A program made the position numbers and the translations under genes. Shown here one piece after another: positions 31,501-39,606 of a stretch of DNA of 64,000 nt. The DNA is from Candidatus Latescibacterota bacterium (lineage in GTDB: Bacteria > Latescibacterota > UBA2968 > UBA8231): NCBI GenBank assembly GCA_965223905.1, contig CBDCXV010000009.1, positions 768,001-832,000 of the forward strand, written 5' to 3'. The first letter of the stretch is position 1. The number at the start of each line of letters is the position of its first letter. The notes below the pieces were generated by a model. The model was given only the letters and a program-made list of their open reading frames with translations, had not been told where the DNA came from and made no database searches.

Positions 31501-31629
31501 GTAGGTCGCTACGCCTTCACGTGGGACGCGACCAACGACCGCGGTCACGCGGTGTCTTCGGGGATCTACCTGTACCGCCTGCAGGCGGGAGAGTTCGCGC
31601 AGGTCAGAAAGATGCTGTTGCTCAAGTAG
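22543..31629 (+). CDS. Giant secreted protein: 21 tandem FN3 modules, Pro/Gln linker, Ig-like region, EF-hand/dockerin-like, cohesin-like and C-terminal FlgD/T9SS-type domains
   Basis: 21 Y(K/T)VQW...Y.V.V.A modules counted; signal peptide ending MQA-QE; tail NYPNPFNPET...SSGIYLYRL...RKMLLLK. The ORF track starts it at 22489. Confidence 0.93.
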   Translation: MDTRHALHEARRWGWGGMLVLLTMSFLPRGMQAQESSFGPPEVTVKSGPEQLTVEWDEVEGATGYKVQWRNASDEADAEDTEWDASRQAMEPGTSSSNLIPGLDPALTYEVRVFAKDMYGDYSNPSNDPDGDGTPIDPSTTGTPAPGKVTGVTVTIPIAAGQLTVTWDKLELDNLTGYKVQWRDKVQWRDPDEVASWDDFMPDEDGADGDNQETLDASPPPTTYSIPGLSAENTYTVRVIATNEPIPATPNADESDGGDGTPSDDATGRPRPGQVNGPDEEATTDPLMVEPGEGKLTVKWELVTGADEYKVQWKSGTQDWDPINRQGMEGEDAISHEITGLTAGTEYTVRVFAMNTSGPGMPSENVMGTPQPGQVTGVMVTSGVAELTVQWTAVLGTGIGYKVQWKSGDEEYDETGNTRQATTTATSHTISPSPALTVGTEYTVRVIATHDPAGNAVEDIFPADGTPSDDATGTPKPGLVQGLVQVTPTLPGEITVTWDRLEGADSYTVQWKLATEVNYDGTRQEEIGQPESGDLSHRITGLGRTAHTVQVYATNDGGDGAATEKPATPGTPGDDQVTGVTVTPGSQQLTVEWVPVTGATEYKVQWWKGTAGSYADALEGDKGDASGIRGARYTIRSLDEDTEYMVQVIAGEEGAPSPVTDQWTKPGQVTGVTVPTPTTAGQLTVTWTAATTAGVIAAEGGYKVQWRTGSENWDPGRQVDVENGNAEETTIGDGTPTADMPLGGTLYRVRVIAYNDGGDGDPSGEATGTPLAAQVATPTVNAGPEQLEVEWDEADGAYRYKVQWEVGSSFTPGFTPTEGTNQKTVAGTETSYTIPGLTGGTEYVVRVIAENASGTPAAGTANATTGTPEPGMVGTPTVTPGPLQLAVEWDAVTGATSYKVQWRDPETDDSWDAWDADDFTPDGTNEATVQAPTTIHTISPSPALSAAITYTVRVVPVNASGDGAPSADATGRPAPGQVTLVAQDLNADPPVRPVNPGEEQLTVNWVDVMGEDEYKVQWKSGTDDWDPSNRQGMEDEDATSSTITGLTAGTPYTVRVIAVNTSGDGTPSAEATETPKPGQVGTPTVVSGEGNLTVSWTAVSGTGIGYKVQWRDGSTVATWDGFTPSEGTSQETVTGTSHTIPSLSAGTEYTVRVIATHDLTNNDPMTDDGTPSEDATGTPKPGPIGTVTATPGVRSAEVSWPRVTGADKYILQWKLATEVNYDGTRQEEIDQSEIGGLTYRIPELTAGTSYTVQVAPQNEGGGRGDFGESSAFIPTAGTNNQVVGVEVTSGSEELEVEWDRVPGATGYKVQWNSDGNYDDLDDAADDPDDRTSDVSGTSYTITGLTGGTLYAVQVIATVAGEPGDPSAAGPTRTGTPAPGQVENVQVTLGQGTLDVSWDAAPGATGGYTVQWREDSQLYSTRSRMKEVAAGANPPTMTTLTEMDLRGPGLFMPAGQKYWVQVYAKHTDEGAGPPSEEVTGTPLPGEVTPTVTRGPQQLEVTWDLVPGATGYTVQWKSGSQDWDNLGDTDDTRTARLGNVSSHTIENLTAGTQYTVQVFASNAGGLGPASDLQRGTPAPGTVTGVSVTSGSGALTVSWTAVPGAAGYKIQWKSGEETFEDAATDNREGRRTGLSYTIENLSADTEYTVQVIATLELSNSNDPETDDSAPSAPPATGTPLPGQVANVDVGIGAGKLLLSWDEVTGADDYTVQWKSEDETFPDAATDNREATDISGTRYTIEGLTAGTEYTVQVIASNASGDGDPSEEATGTPNELAEGQVANVVVTPGAGELMVSWDPVAGATGYTVQWKSETDADYDATSRQASGSDITGTSYTIQDLTAGTEYTVRVRATVNGSEGDYSDEAFETPLERPAQVANVVVTAGPEQLMVSWDAAQAATGYKVQWKSDQETFEDAATDNREASGSDITGTSYTIEDLTAGTQYTVRVIATGALVGGAPSTGDPSTEVPGTPTPGMVVDVTVTPGAERLTVSWGAAEGATFYDVLWRSGSEQYSPPDRLARVTSGTSHVIPNLTGGTEYYVWVFALAGSPEAPVAGPPVVEVAGTPLRRPTVTPRPDPQPQPPRQPQPPTQPQPQPPAAKPPAVLTPPIVNHVSLNAVDGGLQVRWLSLAKAGYKGPVTGYKVQWKSGSQSYASAREDTAAGPLTWIFHTIPDLSHETEYTVQVLAFNEHGDGPASQELTGTPKEDKPSTRIAGTLRGAVRGSSGQQPRGDRVQQSSLGLGPTGHLDAGQEVTLTVSVAEVASYVLEVTGGRGVTLTGDGVTDEGEGRAQLDAESWSDRQQRTVVLKDTAAVDTLSVALLDTDGEQVAALGPRIVYNPEVRHGIRVTGLPDTLAVNRTYTGDVTLLDQYGNVRVADDDREVELSANQAGVMSSPADLTAGTGEFWVRSDSLLTRPLVLTFRDGAVSQSETVIVRPLDAPDELVAVDNPDDEGGFVLLTWDLSVDHSILDGYHIYRAPAGGEPVDWGHVAADPEATEGRVVVATLDTATTAWGIAAELELDMEPDSGEGETPVTPPPDDPPTNGRSSSITLSSGIVSATPEDDDMDDDMDGDMDGDMDGGMDDDMDPKKVRRSSVTRSGSVRAVDNVAPSAVREFRAIDAPDDDGGRILLSWEGSLADTSVTRRVAGAIGPVVSDMSRGVAGYRIYRQPAEGAFALLDTVGRSATSFVDTTAVNGERFTYTVAAFDEDNETRSEERSAMAIRNNEVDVNGQAITGLFGADRQVGFDDYFHFADHYGSAASDVEWDPAFDLAAKQSVGEAGLNVFAENFGRQTASAAKVIPLRPGRNEQTRLDFYGGVPLPRVGEEFVLTVHLSDFDLLKGYGFQLEFNGEELEVVRAVAVDNGLGEGPLALPQVLGAGDGKRAIVAYGDAVSEGTVAVDLVFRALQEFESGFIKVTEGQVRDGAFAVNTLALPAPVEMETLPEVYALGFNYPNPFNPETTIKYALPQASDVELVVYNSLGQKVRTLVSEHQGVGRYAFTWDATNDRGHAVSSGIYLYRLQAGEFAQVRKMLLLK
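30214..30282 (+). repeat. 12-bp tandem repeat encoding (DMDD/DMDG)n
   Basis: GACATGGACGRY, about 5.7 copies. Confidence 0.9.
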
Positions 31630-31645
31630 AGTTGTTGGGTTTAGG

Positions 31646-31677
31646 GGGGAGGAGAGGCAGAGATGCTTCTCCTCCCC
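31646..31677 (+). terminator. Stem-loop after the FN3 gene
   Basis: GGGGAGGAGAGGCA-gaga-TGCTTCTCCTCCCC; weak U tract. Confidence 0.6.
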
Positions 31678-32395
31678 TTGGTATTTGGGAGCTGGGATGT
31701 CGAACGCTTCGGACCTTACTTGCGATTCGGGGTGGCCTCCAGTCGCCGGAAAGGGCAAAGACATCCCAGCTCCACTTTTTCCGGTGAGATCCGGGGTTTG
31801 GTTGTCGGCCCTTTTTGGAACGCCTGCAGTGGGTGCCATTCGTGTTACGGCCCTGATGCGGGCGTTTCTCGTTACTGGACCAGAATACCCATCCAGCGCC
31901 GGTAGCCGTAGCGATACACCCGCTCGGTAACCCGAAAAATCGATTCAGTCCTCGCCATCGGGCACAGGCAACCAAAGCCATAAAGGGATCCCGTTGCCGC
32001 TTGCGGGCCATCCATCCTGTGAGCGCCGCAGAGCTGCATGTGGGCTTTATGCGATCCTATCACTGCCCGGGTCTCCTTTTCCACGGAGTCTGTCGGGCAG
32101 TCGCTGCGGCCGAAGGTGCAGGTGAGCAGCGTTTCCCTCCGCCGGCCTCGGTCAGCAGCGGTCATTCTCTCCTGAGATTCAGACAGGCCGGGTCGACGGA
32201 CGCATCTGCCGGCACTGTATCCACACTGTCATCTTCGTAGATTAGCGACCGTGGGCAGAGCAACCCGGGGTCCATGGGTCCCTTCTTCGCATCCGCAGAT
32301 CATGCTCTCGGGGAGGCCGGCCAGAGGCTGTCTGCTGCAACCGGTATCCACTGGGAATCCCCCAGAGAGCTGGTTTTTCAACACCCCCGAGCGAG

Positions 32396-33208
32396 ATGGC
32401 GGATCCCTTCTACAAAAAGAGCATCATCACCACCGGGGCTTCCTCCGGGTTGGGGGCCGCCCTCGCCCTGGAGCTGGCCCGCCGCGGGGCGAACCTGGCG
32501 CTGTTCTCCCCCGAGGCCGAGCAGCAGGAAGAGGTGGCCTCCCGCTGCCGGCAGCTGGGTGGGGAGGCGGTGGCCGTGATCGGCGACGTCACCAATCCGG
32601 AGGACTGCAAGCGGTTGGCCGACGAGTGCGCCGGCCGCTTCGGCGGCGTCGACTACCTCGTCGCCAACGCCGGCATCAGCATGTGGACCTCCTTCGAGGA
32701 GGTCGAGGACCTCGAGATCTTCCGCCGCCTCACCGAGGTCAACTACCTCGGCGCCGTCAACTGCATCTACCACGCCCTGCCCCATCTCAAGAACAGCCGC
32801 GGCATGATCGTGGCGATCACCTCCATCCAGGCGAAGATCGGCGTGCCCAAGCACACCGGGTACGTCGCTTCCAAGCATGCCCTGCAGGGGTTCTGCGAGG
32901 CGTTGCGCCTGGAGCTGAAAGACGCGGGGGTCGACATACTGACGGTGCTGCCCCACTGGATCTCCGGGACCGACCTGCGCAAGAGGGCGGTCGGCAGGGA
33001 CGGCGGCATCCTCGGACGGGCGGCCCGCAAGCACAGCGGGGACGCGATCCCGGTCGACGAGGCCTGCCGCGCCATTGTCAGGGCGATGGAGAAGCGGCAG
33101 CGGGAGCTCGTCATGCCGGCCAAGCTGAAGGTCCTGCTCTGGCTGAGCCTGCTCAGCCCCCGGATCGCCGATGTCCTGATAGAGAGGGCGGTCGGCAGGC
33201 AGCGCTAG
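32396..33208 (+). CDS. SDR-family oxidoreductase
   Basis: TGASSGLG, ANAG, YVASK. Confidence 0.92.
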   Translation: MADPFYKKSIITTGASSGLGAALALELARRGANLALFSPEAEQQEEVASRCRQLGGEAVAVIGDVTNPEDCKRLADECAGRFGGVDYLVANAGISMWTSFEEVEDLEIFRRLTEVNYLGAVNCIYHALPHLKNSRGMIVAITSIQAKIGVPKHTGYVASKHALQGFCEALRLELKDAGVDILTVLPHWISGTDLRKRAVGRDGGILGRAARKHSGDAIPVDEACRAIVRAMEKRQRELVMPAKLKVLLWLSLLSPRIADVLIERAVGRQR

Positions 33209-33341
33209 TGTCCTTTCCCTGGATGTTCCCTCATTTCGCTGCCGGCCCGTTTTGCTTCGAGGCGTATCCCGGGCTCGCCGTTGCGGCCGGTTGTAGAGCC
33301 CCGGGGAGCTCAGCTGCAACGCCAATCCACAGGAGAGACAG

Positions 33342-34394
33342 ATGACCCCGAACCCGGAACCGAACAGACCCCTGTTCTCAAGTGGATTCACCCACACCGT
33401 GGGTCCCAGTCCCGCCATCGTCACCGGGGAGCCCGGCTCGTGGGACGACCGCGTCCTCGAAAGCGGCGACTGCATCAGGGTGGATGGCACCTGTTACTGG
33501 TACTACCACTCGTACTCGACCTGGGCGGACACCGATTACCAGATCTTCGTCGCCGCCGCGTCTGACCCGCTCGGCCCGTGGCGGAAGCACGGAGAGCTTC
33601 CGATCCTGACCCGGTCGGGCCGCCCCCACGAGAGCGGGCTCGTCGCCTGTCCCAAGGTCGTCAGGGACGGCGGGCGCTTCTGCATGGTGTACCTCTCCTG
33701 CGGGGAAAGCCCCTTCGGCTGGGGGTGGTCGGTCTCGCTCGCCCGTGCCGACAGCCCGCTGGGCCCGTGGATCAAGTACGAAGGGAACCCGATCATCGGC
33801 CACCAGCGCATGTGCTACCCGGCAGGGCTGGTCAAAGTGGAGGACAGGTGGTTCATGTTCGGCACCGAGCCCGATACCGTTCAGCTCGATTTCGGCCGCA
33901 TGCACGTCGCCACCGCCGACCGCCTCGAGGGGCCCTGGCAAGTCGGGGAGGAGCCGGCGCTGATAGAGGGGGAGAAGGGTGCCTGGGACGAAGGCGGGTT
34001 CTCCGAGTTCGAGGTCCTCCATTTCAACGGCCTGTTCCACGCCTTTTACGGGGGCAGCGAGCTCGCCGAGGTCAGCGATCCCTCCCACCTCGGCAGCGGC
34101 CCCTACACGGAGGAGGCCGAGAAGGCGCGGCTGAGCGTGCGCGAGAGCATCGGCTACGCCTGGAGCGAGGACGGCTTCGTCTGGACCAAGTTCGAGGGCA
34201 ACCCGGTCGTCCCCTACGCCAGCGTCCCCAACTGCGCCGCCATGGCCGAGGTCCACGCGATCATCGAGTACCCGCGCGTCTACTGCTACCACACGCTGCG
34301 CTACCTCGAGTGCCCCGAAGGGGAGAACCCGGAGTGGTTCGACCGCGGCTGGATCGAGCACCTGGGGATCCAGGTGCTGGAGGACCTGCCGTGA
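33342..34394 (+). CDS. Five-bladed beta-propeller glycosidase-like protein (GH43/GH130-like)
   Basis: Repeated A.S/D.PLGPW.K..GNP and G.WD blades. Confidence 0.75.
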   Translation: MTPNPEPNRPLFSSGFTHTVGPSPAIVTGEPGSWDDRVLESGDCIRVDGTCYWYYHSYSTWADTDYQIFVAAASDPLGPWRKHGELPILTRSGRPHESGLVACPKVVRDGGRFCMVYLSCGESPFGWGWSVSLARADSPLGPWIKYEGNPIIGHQRMCYPAGLVKVEDRWFMFGTEPDTVQLDFGRMHVATADRLEGPWQVGEEPALIEGEKGAWDEGGFSEFEVLHFNGLFHAFYGGSELAEVSDPSHLGSGPYTEEAEKARLSVRESIGYAWSEDGFVWTKFEGNPVVPYASVPNCAAMAEVHAIIEYPRVYCYHTLRYLECPEGENPEWFDRGWIEHLGIQVLEDLP

Positions 34395-34563
34395 ACCGGC
34401 GGCCCTGCGGAAAGAGCGGATTTCCGCGCGGTCTCCGGGTGGCTCCGGAATCGCCGAGCCTGTCTGGTCGCCCGCCCGTAGGGCTCGGACCCGCGGCAGG
34501 TGACCGGGTCTCGGTCCAAAGCGACTTTTTCGCGGACTGCCAGATAGAAAGGATTGCAAGAGC

Positions 34564-35976
34564 ATGGACGAGCTATCGCTTCTGAACGACGACCAGTTGC
34601 GGCACTTCATCGTCAACGGCTACGTGATCGTGCGCCCCGGGCTGCCCGCCGGCCTGCACGAGAGGATCTACCGCGAGACCGGGACGGTGTTCGAAAAGGA
34701 GGGCAACCCGGGCAACAACCTCCTGCCGAGGGTCCCGGCGGTGCAGCAGATCCTCGACGCCCCCGAGGTCCGGGGGGCGCTGACCAGCATCCTCGGGGAG
34801 GGCTACTACTCGCAGCCCCACCGCCACTGCCACTTCAATCCGCCCGGCAGCAAGGGGCAGAACCTGCACCAGGACGGCAGCAGCCGGTGGTCCCACCACA
34901 CGCGACGGATCCTGCTTTTCTACTACCCCCAGGATACCCCTGAGGAGCTGGGCCCGACCGCGATCGTGCCGGGAAGCCATTACTACGCCACCAGGGAAGG
35001 GGTGGCCGCCTCCGAGGAGCTGCCGCTGTGCGGCGCGGCCGGGACCGTGGCGATCGTCCACTACGACCTCTTCCACCGGGCCAGCCCCAACCGCAGCGAC
35101 CGCAAGCGCTTCATGATGAAGTTCCTGTTCGCGCGCACCTTGGAGCCGCGGTCGCCGAGCTGGGGAAACCAGGGCTCCGGCTGGCCGGGTGACGGCAGCC
35201 CGCTGCCCCTCGACGCACCCGGCGTCCCGGACCGGAAGATGTACGAGCACGTCTGGGACTGGCACTGCGGCAGGACGGCCAACGGCGCCGCGGGCAACGG
35301 GCAGGCTTCCCCGGATTCGGCGGAGCGGGTGCCGGAGTTGCTGGCCGAGCTCGGTGGCGGCTGCGAGTCCGCCAGACTGCGGGCCGCCTACGCCTTGAAA
35401 GGAGCAGGCTCCGCCGCGGTCCCCGGGCTGACGCGGCTGCTGCGCGCCGATTCGCAGGAGCTGCGTCGCAACGCCTGCCACGCCCTGAGCGCCATCGGGG
35501 AGGCAGCCGTCGAGCCCCTGATCGACTCGCTGCAGCGGGGTGATGCAGCCGCGCACGAGCGCGCCGAGGCGGCCGAGACCCTGGGGGACATCGGCCTGGC
35601 GGCGCGGCCGGCCATACCGGCCCTGACGCGGCGGCTGCAGGACGAGTCGGCCGAGGTCCGCGCCCAGGCCGCCGAAGCGCTGGGAACGGTCGCCCAGTCG
35701 GAGCCGGCCGCGGCCCCGGCGCTGGCCACGGCCCTCGGCGACGAAGAGGACCTGGTGCGCCGCAACGCCGCCTTCGCCCTGATCCGGCTGGGGCCGCACG
35801 CGGAGCCGGCGATTCCGGCGCTGCGGGACGTGCTCTATGACAGGGACCGGTACGTGCGCGGCGACGCGGCACAGGCCCTGCTGCGGATAGGAACCCGGCA
35901 GGCTTGGGAGGCGGTGCTGCCTTTCCTCGAGACCTCGAGGTGGTGCCCCCTGACGACGAAGGAGAGCACCTACTAG
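34564..35976 (+). CDS. PhyH-family dioxygenase fused to HEAT repeats
   Basis: LHQD, GPTAIVPGSH and FHRA, then VR..AA.ALG repeats. Confidence 0.88.
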   Translation: MDELSLLNDDQLRHFIVNGYVIVRPGLPAGLHERIYRETGTVFEKEGNPGNNLLPRVPAVQQILDAPEVRGALTSILGEGYYSQPHRHCHFNPPGSKGQNLHQDGSSRWSHHTRRILLFYYPQDTPEELGPTAIVPGSHYYATREGVAASEELPLCGAAGTVAIVHYDLFHRASPNRSDRKRFMMKFLFARTLEPRSPSWGNQGSGWPGDGSPLPLDAPGVPDRKMYEHVWDWHCGRTANGAAGNGQASPDSAERVPELLAELGGGCESARLRAAYALKGAGSAAVPGLTRLLRADSQELRRNACHALSAIGEAAVEPLIDSLQRGDAAAHERAEAAETLGDIGLAARPAIPALTRRLQDESAEVRAQAAEALGTVAQSEPAAAPALATALGDEEDLVRRNAAFALIRLGPHAEPAIPALRDVLYDRDRYVRGDAAQALLRIGTRQAWEAVLPFLETSRWCPLTTKESTY

Positions 35977-36117
35977 GGCCGGGTGGTCCGGGCCCTCGCT
36001 GACATGCAGGTCCTAGTGAGATTCGCGGTGCCCCGCCGGCCCCTGTCTGCTCTCGACATCCTGCCGTCGTTGACGGTCCGTCCATCCCGCCGCGGTCCCA
36101 TTGGAGTGAACCACTGG

Positions 36118-38475
36118 ATGCTCAGGACAGCCATATCAGCGGTTCTGGTCATGGCCCTGACACTGCCGCCGCCGGCGTGCGCCCGGATTGAAAAGAGCGA
36201 CCTCCACATCGGGCTGTTGCTCGATACCCAGCCCCGCGAAACCGATTCCGGAAGCGATCTGGACTTCCTCAGGGAGGAGATCCACAAGGTGCTGGGGGCC
36301 GGCAGGTCGGTTCACTTCCTCCCGGAGCACCTGCGTTTCGGCGCGGGGCGCGCGGACTACCTGTCCCTGGCACACGACCCTGCGGTCGATCTGATCATTG
36401 CCGCGGGGCCGGCAGGCGCCGCGATGCTGGCCGCGGAGGGCGATCTGCCAAAACCGACGATCGCCGTGGGGATACTGGACGTGGAACTGCAGCGGATGCC
36501 GCTGGTCGAGCCCGGCGTATCCGGGGTGCCCAATTTCACCTATGTCCTCGGTACCCACTCGATCCGGAAGGACCTCGAAGCGTTCCACCGCATCCATCCC
36601 TTTGCCCATCTGGCCGTCATCGTCAGTGAAAGCCTGAAAGGCAAGCTGGATTTCGAGGGTTTCTTGCAACCCCTTGCCGCCCCTTTCGGGGCCCGGGTGG
36701 AGCTGGTCTTCTGGGGGGCGGAAGCGCCCCTCCCGGCGCTGAGCGACGCGGTCGATGCGGTCTATCTGGCGATGGTTTTCGAGCGCCGGCCCGAGGAGGT
36801 CGCCCCGCTGGCAGCGGCCCTTTCCGAGCGCAGGCTGCCTTCCTTTGCCATGAGCCGGTCTTATGTGGATGCGGGGATGATGGGCTGTATCGGCGACGAG
36901 AACGGCCGGGACCAGATCGTCCGCAGCCTTGCCCTGATCGTCGAGGGAGTCGTCCTGGGGGAGGAGCCGGCGGAGATGTCCCTGCGGCGCAATCTCGACG
37001 AGCAATGGGTGCTGAATGCCGAAACGGTCCGGAGGATCGGTCTCGACCTCTCTTTTGAAACGCTGTTTTCCGCCCGCTTCCTCAAAGCGGACGAACCGGC
37101 CGGGGATCGGCGCTTGAGTTTGCGGGAGATCATCGCGGAGGGTTTGCGGAGCAACCTCGACCTGCGCATCGAGAAGGCCAACGTCGACCTGGCAGGCCAG
37201 GATATGCGCCGGGCCAGGTTCTCCCTCCTGCCCACAGTAGAGGCCTCGGCCACCCTGTTGCAGATCGACCCGGACGCCGCGGAACGCGCTTTCGGTCAAC
37301 AGCCCGAGCGCACCGGCGCCGGCGCCGGCACCGTGCAGCAGGTACTGTTCTCCGAGCCGGTCCTGGCCAACCTCGAAATCCAGCGGTACCTCGCCGAGGC
37401 CGCCCGCCATCGAGCCGACCTGGTCGCCCTCGACGTGGTGCTGAACCTGGCGGCCGCCTACCTCGATATCCTGCTGGCCCGGACCGCGGGGCGGATTCAG
37501 GACGAGAACCTCGAAGCCTCGCGCCGCAACCTGAAGATCGCCCGCACCCGCCATGCCGTCGGCTATGCGGGCGTTGCCGACGTATTCCGCTGGGAAAGCG
37601 AAGTGGCCCGGGCAACCCAGGCCTCGATCGAGGCTTTCAACGCCCTGTACCTGGCCAAAGTGCAACTCAACCGATTGCTGAACCGGGCCGATATCGGCGA
37701 GGAGTTCGAAGTGGAGGATTCCCGGCTTTCCGACGATCTCTTCGGCGGCTTCGACCCGGCACGTATGGGGGATTTGATCGGCCGCGCAGGAGATGTGGAG
37801 ATCCTGACCGACTTCCTCGTCGAGGAGGCCCTGAAGAACATGCCTTCGCTGAAACAGCTGGAAGCCAACATGAAAGCGGCCGAACGCCGGCAGCGGATGA
37901 ACTACCGGCAATACTACCTGCCATCGGTGGCTTTGCGGGGGCAGGCCGACTACACCTTCTGGCGCGCCGGCAAGGGGATGCCGCCGGCCTCCGCGGCTCC
38001 CCTCGATGAAACCTGGAACCTCGCCCTTCACTTCACCTATCCCCTCTTCCAGGGCAACCAGCGCAAGGTTGCCGTCGACCAGACCGCGATCCAGCAGCGG
38101 CAGTTCCGACTCCGGGAAGAGAGCTTGCGCCAGCAGCTCTCCCAGGCCGTCCGGGTGCGCATGGCGAACCTGGTTTCCAGGAGCACCAACATACACTTTG
38201 CGAATGTGGCCGCTGCCAGCGCCCGCAAGAACTTCGAGCTGGTGCAGGATGCCTATGAAAAGGGCCAGCTGGGAATCGCCCAGCTGGTGGATGCGCAGCG
38301 AGCCGCCCTCTCCGCGCGCCAGGCGGAGGCCGGTGCGGTCTACGAGTACCTGGTCAGCTATCTGCAGCTGGAAAACAGCGTCGGGGGGTACACCATGTTC
38401 ATGACTCCCGAGGAGCAGGATGCCTTTGTCGGGCGCCTGACCGCCTTCTTCTCCGAAAGAAAAAGGGCACCATGA
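36118..38475 (+). CDS. TolC-family outer-membrane factor with an N-terminal periplasmic-binding-like domain
   Basis: Signal peptide from MLRTAI; about 320-aa N-domain; OEP repeats LSLREII..GL.SN and Y.KG....QLVDAQ. Confidence 0.85.
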   Translation: MLRTAISAVLVMALTLPPPACARIEKSDLHIGLLLDTQPRETDSGSDLDFLREEIHKVLGAGRSVHFLPEHLRFGAGRADYLSLAHDPAVDLIIAAGPAGAAMLAAEGDLPKPTIAVGILDVELQRMPLVEPGVSGVPNFTYVLGTHSIRKDLEAFHRIHPFAHLAVIVSESLKGKLDFEGFLQPLAAPFGARVELVFWGAEAPLPALSDAVDAVYLAMVFERRPEEVAPLAAALSERRLPSFAMSRSYVDAGMMGCIGDENGRDQIVRSLALIVEGVVLGEEPAEMSLRRNLDEQWVLNAETVRRIGLDLSFETLFSARFLKADEPAGDRRLSLREIIAEGLRSNLDLRIEKANVDLAGQDMRRARFSLLPTVEASATLLQIDPDAAERAFGQQPERTGAGAGTVQQVLFSEPVLANLEIQRYLAEAARHRADLVALDVVLNLAAAYLDILLARTAGRIQDENLEASRRNLKIARTRHAVGYAGVADVFRWESEVARATQASIEAFNALYLAKVQLNRLLNRADIGEEFEVEDSRLSDDLFGGFDPARMGDLIGRAGDVEILTDFLVEEALKNMPSLKQLEANMKAAERRQRMNYRQYYLPSVALRGQADYTFWRAGKGMPPASAAPLDETWNLALHFTYPLFQGNQRKVAVDQTAIQQRQFRLREESLRQQLSQAVRVRMANLVSRSTNIHFANVAAASARKNFELVQDAYEKGQLGIAQLVDAQRAALSARQAEAGAVYEYLVSYLQLENSVGGYTMFMTPEEQDAFVGRLTAFFSERKRAP

Positions 38476-39578
38476 AGCGAGGTAGGGTTCAAAGGGGGAA
38501 TTCCGAAGCCGCGGGAGTTTGTGTCCTGGCGTTGGGTTTGTGGGTCGGGTGTGGGGGCGAGTCGCCGGTCCCGGAACCGGTCCGCCCGGTGAAGTACGCC
38601 GAGGTTCGCCCCGCAAGTGCCGTGCGGAGCCAGCGTTTTTCCGGCACCGCAAAAGCCGGCATCGAGGCCAAGCTCAGCTTCAGAACCGGAGGGCTCATCG
38701 AAGCGATCGACGTGAAGGCGGGCGACCGGGTCGAAACCGGCCAGCGCATGGCCGCCCTCGACAACCGGGATGCGGTTCTCGCCTACCAAAGGGCGAAGGC
38801 GGCGCTGGAGAACGCCCGGGTGCAGAAGGCCAATGCCCAGTCCAGTCTCACCCGTGTACGGCAGCTCTACCAGGCCGACAATGTATCCCTCGCCGAGTAC
38901 GAACAGGCCAAGACCGGCTTTGCCGCGGCCACCTCCAGCTACGAGTCGGCCGGGAAGAGCCTGGATCTGCAGGAGCGCCAGCTGAGATACAACGAGATAT
39001 ACGCCCCTGTCGCCGGCATCGTCTCCGCGGTCCGCTACGAGGTCAACGAGGTGATCCAGGCCGGGGCGCCGCTGGTGGAGCTGAGCGCGGGCGAGGATAT
39101 CGAAATGGAGGTGGGTGTGCCCGAGGGCTATATCGCCCTGATCGAGACCGGAGTGCCGGTGCGCGTGCGTTTCTCGGCCCTTCCCGGGGTGGATTTCGCC
39201 GCCCGGGTGCGCGAGATCCCCTACGCGCTCGACGCCTCCAGCACCTATCCCGTAAGAGTGCGTCTCGACGCCCCTTCCCCGTCCATCCGGCCCGGCATGG
39301 CCGGCGAGGTGGAGTTTCGCTTCGGCACCGGAGGGCCTTCGGATCCGCTCGTGGTACCGGTCAAGGCGGTGGGGGAAGACGCCCAGGGCAGGTATGTCTT
39401 TGTCATTGAGGGGGTCGACAACGGCCTGGGGACGATCCGCCGAAGGCCGGTCCGCATCGGCGGACTGGTGGCGGACGGTTTTGTCGTGGAAGAGGGGCTC
39501 GCCGAAGGGGAGCTGGTCGCGACTGCGGGCCTCGGATCCCTGATGAACGGGATGAAGGTGCGGCTCCTGGAAGAGTGA
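38472..39578 (+). CDS. RND efflux membrane fusion protein
   Basis: Lipobox-like WVGC, LSFRTGG.I..I.VKAGD, IYAPVAG, RPGM. Confidence 0.92.
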   Translation: MKRGRVQRGNSEAAGVCVLALGLWVGCGGESPVPEPVRPVKYAEVRPASAVRSQRFSGTAKAGIEAKLSFRTGGLIEAIDVKAGDRVETGQRMAALDNRDAVLAYQRAKAALENARVQKANAQSSLTRVRQLYQADNVSLAEYEQAKTGFAAATSSYESAGKSLDLQERQLRYNEIYAPVAGIVSAVRYEVNEVIQAGAPLVELSAGEDIEMEVGVPEGYIALIETGVPVRVRFSALPGVDFAARVREIPYALDASSTYPVRVRLDAPSPSIRPGMAGEVEFRFGTGGPSDPLVVPVKAVGEDAQGRYVFVIEGVDNGLGTIRRRPVRIGGLVADGFVVEEGLAEGELVATAGLGSLMNGMKVRLLEE

Positions 39579-39606
39579 GCCGCCCCAGGCCTGAACCCGA
39601 GATACA

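Noticed and set aside
31688-31773. Riboswitch or ncRNA closed by a 14-bp stem (GGAGCTGGGATGTC/GACATCCCAGCTCC)
   Set aside because: The stem is real, but I could not match the interior to a known family and it lies downstream of a gene; needs an Rfam search.
28582-31839. Long antisense and alternate-frame ORFs (e.g. 1085 aa here, 36136-38652, 57391-59238)
   Set aside because: Shadow ORFs of GC-rich genes; no motifs and low-complexity Arg/Gly/Pro composition.
31872-32165. 97-aa minus-strand ORF with an AGGAGAG RBS
   Set aside because: No recognisable motif or coding bias; possibly a remnant.
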